The notes beneath the pieces were generated by a model, which was given only the letters and a program-made list of their open reading frames with translations, did no database searches and had not been told where the DNA came from. A stretch of DNA of 64,000 nucleotides from Candidatus Bathyarchaeia archaeon (GTDB lineage Archaea > Thermoproteota > Bathyarchaeia > TCS64). The position numbers were made by a program, and so were the translations under genes. The DNA lies in the NCBI GenBank assembly GCA_050014495.1, contig JBEKDF010000005.1:43782-107781 (forward strand), in the 5' to 3' direction. Numbering within the stretch: the first letter of the stretch is position 1; each line of letters begins with the position of its first letter. Below, in pieces: positions 58,018 through 64,000 of this stretch.

Positions 58018-59151
58018 ATGACCTTTGCTGAAAATAAAAATTCAAGTTATCAATTCATGTTGGGTAATCACGCGATTGTTGAAGGCGCAATAGCTGCTGG
58101 CTGCCGCTATTTCGCAGGTTACCCAATAACACCGGCGAGCGAAATCTCCGAGAGAATATCAGATCGATTACCCGAGGTAGGAGGCAAATTCATTCAGATG
58201 GAGGACGAACTGGGATCTATTTACTCAGTTATTGGTGCCTCCTTGGCAGGTGTAAAATCCATGACTGCTACAGCGAGCGCAGGATACGATTATATGCAGG
58301 AGGGAATTGAGTTCGCAGTGGCAACGGAGACACCTCTAGTCATAGTCGACGTGATGAGACTCAGAGGCGCAGAGCAAGCGACTCAAGCCGACATAATGCA
58401 GGTACGTTGGGCGGCAGCAGGAGATCATGAGATGATTGTGCTTGCCCCATCATCCGTACAAGAACTATTTGACTACACAATTGAGGCATTCAATCTCTCC
58501 GAGACTTATAGAAACCCCGTTGTTGTTCTCTCAGAGATGACCCTTAGTTTAATGAGGGAACGTGTGAAAATTCGGGACCCAAGTCAGATACGGATAGTAA
58601 ATAGGAAGCATCCTAAAGTCTCTCCTGAAGAGTTCATACCTTTCCTAGGGGAACCTGATGGAGTTCCTCCCATGGCTAAATTTGGTGAGGGATATAATGT
58701 CCTTTACACGATAAACCCTCATGATAAGCGAGGGATGATAACTGGGGACATGGAAGAATACGATCAACTGTATAAAAGAATAACTGGTAAGATCACACGA
58801 TCCATTAACGACATTGTGAAATACCAAACCTACTATCTGGACGATGCTGACATAGCTGTAATTGCATATGGTAGTGAATCAAGATCCGCCTTAGAAGCTG
58901 TGAGAAAGGCCAGAGAAGAGGGAATAAAAGCGGGTCTTCTTAAACTTGTGACTGTTTGGCCATTCCACGAAGCGCTGATTCGAAGCGTAGCTGAGCGAGT
59001 GAAAAAGATAGTCGTTCCAGAGATGAACCTGGGAAGATATGTTAATGAGATCGAGAGAGCTAGTGAATGTAAGACAAAAGTTCTCTCACTGCCCCTCAAC
59101 AAAGGCCGAATGCATACCTCAGGTGAAATTTTACATGGTATAAAGATGTGA
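58018..59151 (+). CDS. korA: 2-oxoacid:ferredoxin oxidoreductase alpha subunit
   Basis: GNHA, AGYPITP, QMEDE, PEMNLG. Confidence 0.88.
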   Translation: MTFAENKNSSYQFMLGNHAIVEGAIAAGCRYFAGYPITPASEISERISDRLPEVGGKFIQMEDELGSIYSVIGASLAGVKSMTATASAGYDYMQEGIEFAVATETPLVIVDVMRLRGAEQATQADIMQVRWAAAGDHEMIVLAPSSVQELFDYTIEAFNLSETYRNPVVVLSEMTLSLMRERVKIRDPSQIRIVNRKHPKVSPEEFIPFLGEPDGVPPMAKFGEGYNVLYTINPHDKRGMITGDMEEYDQLYKRITGKITRSINDIVKYQTYYLDDADIAVIAYGSESRSALEAVRKAREEGIKAGLLKLVTVWPFHEALIRSVAERVKKIVVPEMNLGRYVNEIERASECKTKVLSLPLNKGRMHTSGEILHGIKM

Positions 59152-59987
59152 TTAAAATGGATACACCTATTGGGCATCCAAATTTAAAGTATCTGAGAAA
59201 AGGCTCCTTACCACATATGTTTTGCCCTGGTTGTGCTTGCGGACAAATAATGAATAATTTTCTTTACGCAATAGATGATCTCGGTTTAGATCCTAATAAA
59301 ATAGTTACAATTGGGGGAGTCGGTTGTACAGCAAGAATCCCAGCCTACCTGAATATGGATACCATCCATGGTATCCACGGGAGGACCCTGGCTTTTGCGA
59401 CTGGTGTCAAGCTAGCGAACCCCCAACTGACGGTCGTGATTTTAACGGGTGATGGTGACGTTGCTGCAATTGGGGGCAACCATCTGATTCAGGCTGCACG
59501 AAGGAACCTAGATGTAACATTAATAGTAAATAATAATGGAAGCTATGCAATGACAGGTGGCCAAGTATCTCCTGTAACCCCATTTGGAGCTAGCACGACA
59601 ACCACAACTAGGGGAAACATAGAGACCCCATTTGATTTATGTAAGCTTGTGGAGGCTGCTGGAGGAACATACATTTCCAGGTGGACAACAGTGCATTCAG
59701 CCCAGTTAACCAATGCAATCAAGGAGGGTATACTGCATAGAGGATTTTCCTTCATAGAGGTGGTTGGACAGTGCCCTACGATATATGGCAGATACGTCCT
59801 CAAACTACGTGAGCCAGTTGACAACATAAAGTGGCTTAAAGAAAACTCAGTCACAAAGGCACAAGCTGAAAAGATGAAAACAGAGGAGCTAGAGGGGAAA
59901 GTAATTATCGGTAACTTTGTAAAAAAGAATTTGCCTACACTCAATGATAGATACGAAGCCTTGGAAAGCCGAGTGAAATCAGGTTGA
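59148..59987 (+). CDS. korB: 2-oxoacid:ferredoxin oxidoreductase beta subunit
   Basis: CPGC, GVGC, HGR, GDGD..IGGNH..NN, MTGGQ, QCP. Confidence 0.9.
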   Translation: MIKMDTPIGHPNLKYLRKGSLPHMFCPGCACGQIMNNFLYAIDDLGLDPNKIVTIGGVGCTARIPAYLNMDTIHGIHGRTLAFATGVKLANPQLTVVILTGDGDVAAIGGNHLIQAARRNLDVTLIVNNNGSYAMTGGQVSPVTPFGASTTTTTRGNIETPFDLCKLVEAAGGTYISRWTTVHSAQLTNAIKEGILHRGFSFIEVVGQCPTIYGRYVLKLREPVDNIKWLKENSVTKAQAEKMKTEELEGKVIIGNFVKKNLPTLNDRYEALESRVKSG

Positions 59988-60553
59988 TGAATATGGTTAA
60001 GCGATGGGAAGTTAGATTCGGAGGGTTCGGGGGACAGGGAATTGTACTCTCCTCCGTTGTTCTAGGGCTTGCCGCCGTCTACGATAACAAATGTGCCGCG
60101 CAACGAGCCTCCTATGGTTCGGAAGCCAGAGGGGGAAAATGTAAATCCGAAGTAATAATATCGAATGAAGAAATCGATTACCCCCTGATCGATAACCTCA
60201 CGACACTGATAATCATGTCTCAACAGGCATACGATAGCTACATAAACGAACTCAAACCAGGGGGACTATTAATCATTGATCCAGACATGGTAAAAGGCTT
60301 TGAAACACGAACAGACATACGAATTCTCCGAGTGCCTGCAGCTAGCCTAGCCGATAAGTTAGGGAACAGAATTATTGCTAATATGATTATGCTGGGAGCC
60401 TTACAAGCTGAAACTGAAATAGTCTCTCTTAACTCCCTTAATAAAAGTGTAAAGGAATATGTTGCAAAAAGATTCGTTGACTTGAATTTAAAGGCAATAG
60501 ATGAGGGACGAAAAATGGTTGAGCTAAAAAATACTAGCATAATTAGCAGGTGA
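59984..60553 (+). CDS. korC: 2-oxoacid:ferredoxin oxidoreductase gamma subunit
   Basis: GFGGQG, YGSEARGG, NMIMLGA. Confidence 0.9.
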   Translation: MMNMVKRWEVRFGGFGGQGIVLSSVVLGLAAVYDNKCAAQRASYGSEARGGKCKSEVIISNEEIDYPLIDNLTTLIIMSQQAYDSYINELKPGGLLIIDPDMVKGFETRTDIRILRVPAASLADKLGNRIIANMIMLGALQAETEIVSLNSLNKSVKEYVAKRFVDLNLKAIDEGRKMVELKNTSIISR

Positions 60554-60556
60554 TTC

Positions 60557-61729
60557 ATGCTGAGATTATTCGAGTTCCAAGCTAAGAGAATATTTGCAGA
60601 GAATGGAATTAAAGTACCGAGAGGAATAGTGGTTCACTCATCTCTTGAAGTACGGGATATTTTAGAAAATTTTGGAGCACCAGTGATAATAAAAGCCCAA
60701 GTACTTGTGGGAGGAAGAGGACGAGCAGGCGGAATTAAATCTCCTTCAGATCATTATGAGGCTCGTCAAATCATAGATCAATTTATTGAGGGCTCACTGA
60801 AAAATGAGAAAATTTATTCAGTGCTCATCGAGGAGAAACTATCCATAGAAAAAGAATACTTTGCTGGAGCACTGATAGATAATCAAGTTAAAGCACCTAT
60901 TATTATTGCTTCATCAAAAGGTGGAGTCGATATAGAATCAATAGCTATAGAAAATCCCAAAGAAATCATTATGGAAAAAATAAATGATGAAATTGGTTTT
61001 CCAGATTATCTAGCTAGGCGAATGGCTAAATCTATAGGTCTTAAGGGAAGAGCTATGCTCTCGTTTGCCAATATACTTCAATCCATATATGAGATACTAA
61101 AGAATTATGATGCCACTTTAGTAGAAGTTAATCCTCTAATATTAACGACCGAAGGAACATTCATTGCCGTTGACGCCAAAATGACACTTGATGATAATGC
61201 ATCATTTAGACACAATGAACTTTTTACAAGCCTCAAATTAGAGAGATATGAATTAATTCAAGAGCCAAAATCGAGAAAAGCACTTGCTGAAAAAGCTGAA
61301 ATACCGACATACATCGAACTCGATGGAAACATGGGAATCATTGCTGATGGTGCAGGAACAGGTATGTTAACTCTAGATTTAATTAATGATTATGGAGGTA
61401 AAATTGAGTCGTACTGCGAGCTTGGAGGCAGAGCCACACCTAAATTAATAGAGGAAGCTATGAATATTGTTTTGTCTAATGAAAAAGTCAAAGTACTCCT
61501 GATAAATTTAATAGGAGGTCTTAATAGGATGGATGAAATGGCACAAGGTATCAACTCCTATATGGTGAATAATGGTAAAGAGGTAATTAAGGATAGGAGA
61601 ATAATTGTACGGATGTCCGGTACTCTAGAGGAGGAAGGCAGAAATATACTCACATCCATAGGTGTATCATCCTTCGATAACATTTATGACGCAATAGAAA
61701 AAGCAATTGAATCTTCTAGGAGACATTAA
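60557..61729 (+). CDS. sucC: Succinyl-CoA-ligase-like beta subunit (ATP-grasp)
   Basis: LFEFQAK, KAQV..GGRGRAGG, GGVDIE, EVNPL, DAK..DDNA.FR, GAG. Confidence 0.87.
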   Translation: MLRLFEFQAKRIFAENGIKVPRGIVVHSSLEVRDILENFGAPVIIKAQVLVGGRGRAGGIKSPSDHYEARQIIDQFIEGSLKNEKIYSVLIEEKLSIEKEYFAGALIDNQVKAPIIIASSKGGVDIESIAIENPKEIIMEKINDEIGFPDYLARRMAKSIGLKGRAMLSFANILQSIYEILKNYDATLVEVNPLILTTEGTFIAVDAKMTLDDNASFRHNELFTSLKLERYELIQEPKSRKALAEKAEIPTYIELDGNMGIIADGAGTGMLTLDLINDYGGKIESYCELGGRATPKLIEEAMNIVLSNEKVKVLLINLIGGLNRMDEMAQGINSYMVNNGKEVIKDRRIIVRMSGTLEEEGRNILTSIGVSSFDNIYDAIEKAIESSRRH

Positions 61730-61730
61730 A

Positions 61731-62591
61731 ATGTGTATACTGGTGGATAAAGAAACACGAGTCATTATTCAGGGAATAACTGGAACAGTGGGATATTTTC
61801 AATCGAAGGTTATGTTGGACTACGGCACAAACATCGTTGCAGGCGTAACACCAGGTAAGGGAGGAGAGTATGTCCACGGAATTCCAGTTTATGACTTGGT
61901 TGTGGATGCCGTGGCTGAACATGGGGGAGATGTGGTTCTGAGTTTTGTTCCTGGTGCCTTCTCGGCTGACGCGGCTATGGAATCCATACAGGCTGGCTCA
62001 AAGCTAGTAATCATGACAGCGGAGGCAGTGCCTATTCACGACACAATGCGGGTCATGAATCTCGCAGCAAGAAAAGGAGCTATGCTCATCGGTCCAGATA
62101 CAGCAGGAGTAATATCCCCGGGGAGAAGCAAGGCGGGCGTTCATCCCAACAAATTATTTAGAGAGGGTAATATTGGAGTTGTCTCGAAGAGTGGCGCTCT
62201 ATCATATGAAGTCTCAAAAACTTTAACGGAGGCGGGATTGGGTCAGTCGACTGTTGTGGGTATTGGCGGCGGACCTATTTGGAGCTTCACTCAGATCGAT
62301 GCTTTAAGGCTCTTCGAGGAAGATAATGAGACAGAAGCAATCGTTTTATTGGGAGAGATAGGCGGCACTATGGAAGAGGAAGCTGCTGATTACATTAAAA
62401 AGAATATTACTAAACCTGTAGTTTCCCTGATTGTTGGAAGACACGCACCAAGAGGAGAAAGAATGGGTCATGCGGGTGCTATAGTACAGCATGGGAAGGG
62501 GTTGGCTGAAGATAAGATAAGTGCATTACGTTCAGCTGGTGTCCAGGTGGTAAAGGGGCCACGCGATATTCCCCTCGCATTAAAAGGTTAG
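61731..62591 (+). CDS. sucD: Succinyl-CoA-ligase-like alpha subunit
   Basis: QGITG, GVTPGKGG, SKSG.L.YE, GEIGG, MGHAGA phospho-His. Confidence 0.9.
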   Translation: MCILVDKETRVIIQGITGTVGYFQSKVMLDYGTNIVAGVTPGKGGEYVHGIPVYDLVVDAVAEHGGDVVLSFVPGAFSADAAMESIQAGSKLVIMTAEAVPIHDTMRVMNLAARKGAMLIGPDTAGVISPGRSKAGVHPNKLFREGNIGVVSKSGALSYEVSKTLTEAGLGQSTVVGIGGGPIWSFTQIDALRLFEEDNETEAIVLLGEIGGTMEEEAADYIKKNITKPVVSLIVGRHAPRGERMGHAGAIVQHGKGLAEDKISALRSAGVQVVKGPRDIPLALKG

Positions 62592-62601
62592 AAGGGATCA
62601 A

Positions 62602-62823
62602 ATGACCATAAAAGTAGAGAAGATACATGTCGATGAAAAGCTGTGCAAGGGTTGCTATTACTGTATAGATGTGTGCCCTAAGAAAGTTTTAACCAAATCA
62701 ACCAAGATGGGTCCAAAAGGCTATATCGTGGTGGAAATCGAAAAACCAGAAGAATGCATCGAGTGTAGGTTATGTGAAAGAATATGTCCTGACTTCGCTA
62801 TCTCAGTACAAATAAAGAAATAA
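62602..62823 (+). CDS. korD: 2[4Fe-4S] ferredoxin-like OFOR delta subunit
   Basis: CKGCYYCIDVCP and CIECRLCERICPDFAI. Confidence 0.88.
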   Translation: MTIKVEKIHVDEKLCKGCYYCIDVCPKKVLTKSTKMGPKGYIVVEIEKPEECIECRLCERICPDFAISVQIKK

Positions 62824-62906
62824 AAAAAAGCACGACACTCAACGATCTTCATATTAAACCTAGATCCCTAACATCTCAACGTGCATACGGATATTTTGTT
62901 CTTATT

Positions 62907-63827
62907 TTATCCCAATTTAGGTTTCCATGCCCCAGGCTTTCCAGGAATCACTGTTCCCTTTGCTCGGTTCTTAGACTGTTTTGCTTCTGGATAATACCTA
63001 TTAATCGTCTCAACAACTCTCATAGCTTGATAAAACTTGTCATCCAGAGTGATACCTGAGCCAAATAAACTCACCTTAAAGTAGACAGGCGCAGCCACTC
63101 TCACGATATCCGGGGTATCAAGAGTTCGAGCCAAATTTGTGCCCCAATACGCATGAACATCCATAGGTTGATCAGTGACGGCCCTCATGGCTGCAAGCAT
63201 GGGTAGAGTCATATCTCTAATTGGGTTTAGGCTATCGTTAGGACCTAACTCGGCTTTAGATATCCAGAACTTTAGCGCTAACGGATTGGACACGGAGATA
63301 CATGCTGAAACCTTGAAGGTTGTCTCCGGCGGAATCAATTTATCACGTCTTAGCTGAGCAATGATAGTCATCATGCCCTCGTCATAAACCAAGAATCCCC
63401 TGCAGCCAAACTCTATGCATCTCATCATGTCGGCTACATTCCTTACGAGCATATCCATTCCTCTCGACTTCCCCTCCACGAGAGCTTTAACGGCCATCTG
63501 GTGACTCACATCAACTTGGTGCTCGCCAGACCCGGGGGACATTACCAGCTCTGCACCTCTTTCTCTGCACAATTCAACTTTTTTTATAATTTCCTCATCC
63601 GTGTCGAACATTGCTCCACGGGTATCAGTTATCTTGTTTCCCTCGAAATTGTACTTGTCGCAGAGTTCGAACACTCTCTCATACTCTTTTACTGTCGTTG
63701 GGAGGAGCTCTGTTCTATAATGGGAGCCATCTGGAAACCTCACCTTTGAGGAGGGAATGCTATACAGGTCACGACCCGGCACATTAAGTTTCTTTTCTAT
63801 ATAATTACTGATTTCGTCTATTGACAT
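62907..63827 (-). CDS. U32-peptidase-like TIM-barrel protein of unknown function
   Basis: PG.DL...P.S..RFPDG.HYR.E, G.RGFLVYDEG, FKVS, AAPVYFK resemble proteins commonly labelled U32 family. Confidence 0.55.
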   Translation of the reverse strand: MSIDEISNYIEKKLNVPGRDLYSIPSSKVRFPDGSHYRTELLPTTVKEYERVFELCDKYNFEGNKITDTRGAMFDTDEEIIKKVELCRERGAELVMSPGSGEHQVDVSHQMAVKALVEGKSRGMDMLVRNVADMMRCIEFGCRGFLVYDEGMMTIIAQLRRDKLIPPETTFKVSACISVSNPLALKFWISKAELGPNDSLNPIRDMTLPMLAAMRAVTDQPMDVHAYWGTNLARTLDTPDIVRVAAPVYFKVSLFGSGITLDDKFYQAMRVVETINRYYPEAKQSKNRAKGTVIPGKPGAWKPKLG

Positions 63828-63877
63828 TTCTGGTCAAACTTCAGATTACTTTGAAATGTTTTAAATTTATGCACTTT

Positions 63878-64000
63878 TGCGCGCGCTGCCTTGTCCCGTT
63901 ATTGGTGTAAAATGGTTTTAAATACACATTCCCGTTTTCAGCCAATAATAGAGCGTATTGACGAGAAGGATCATGAACCCGCTGATAGACCCATAAAGAC
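63878..64000. mobile_element. Probable end of a second related IS, cut by the window edge
   Basis: GCGCGCGCTGCCTTGTCCCG matches both ends of the 38.8-40.1 kb IS. Confidence 0.55.

Noticed and set aside
1..64000. CRISPR array, cas genes, rRNA genes
   Set aside because: No regularly spaced direct repeats, Cas motifs or rRNA-length conserved blocks seen

Overview
Archaeal genomic DNA, most consistent with a TACK lineage such as Bathyarchaeia (inference from PolB1, short XPF, TFB, ABCE1, A/V-ATPase subunits and TATA/BRE promoters). About 1-38.8 kb is GC-richer core genome: asnS, polB1, speB, tag, arsM, ABCE1, xylose isomerase/xylulokinase, a glutaminase-dead PurF, mobB, xpf, cobO-nrdJ, tRNA-Arg(CCG)-argS, udg, tfb, an orphan atpI-atpK pair, purSLQ/purE and a GH1 glycosidase. 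From 38.8 kb to the end is a visibly AT-richer accessory region. It opens with an IS5/IS1182-like element and a tyrosine integrase and carries catabolic genes: XylX-like, Pht5-like, Tat Mo-enzyme, SDR, amidohydrolase, two 2-hydroxyacid dehydrogenases, serine hydrolase, class III aminotransferase, M42 peptidase and a divergent OFOR plus CoA-ligase operon. It also holds reciprocally decayed duplicates. The most striking signal is short (CG)n tracts and their deamination-like variants at most module junctions, at both IS ends, and exactly at all three deletion breakpoints that can be checked against an intact paralog. Second is an adenylate-kinase-like/nucleoside-deoxyribosyltransferase-like fusion ending in a PIP-box-like motif, just upstream of the B12-dependent ribonucleotide reductase. 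All calls come from motif recognition by eye; no searches were run.
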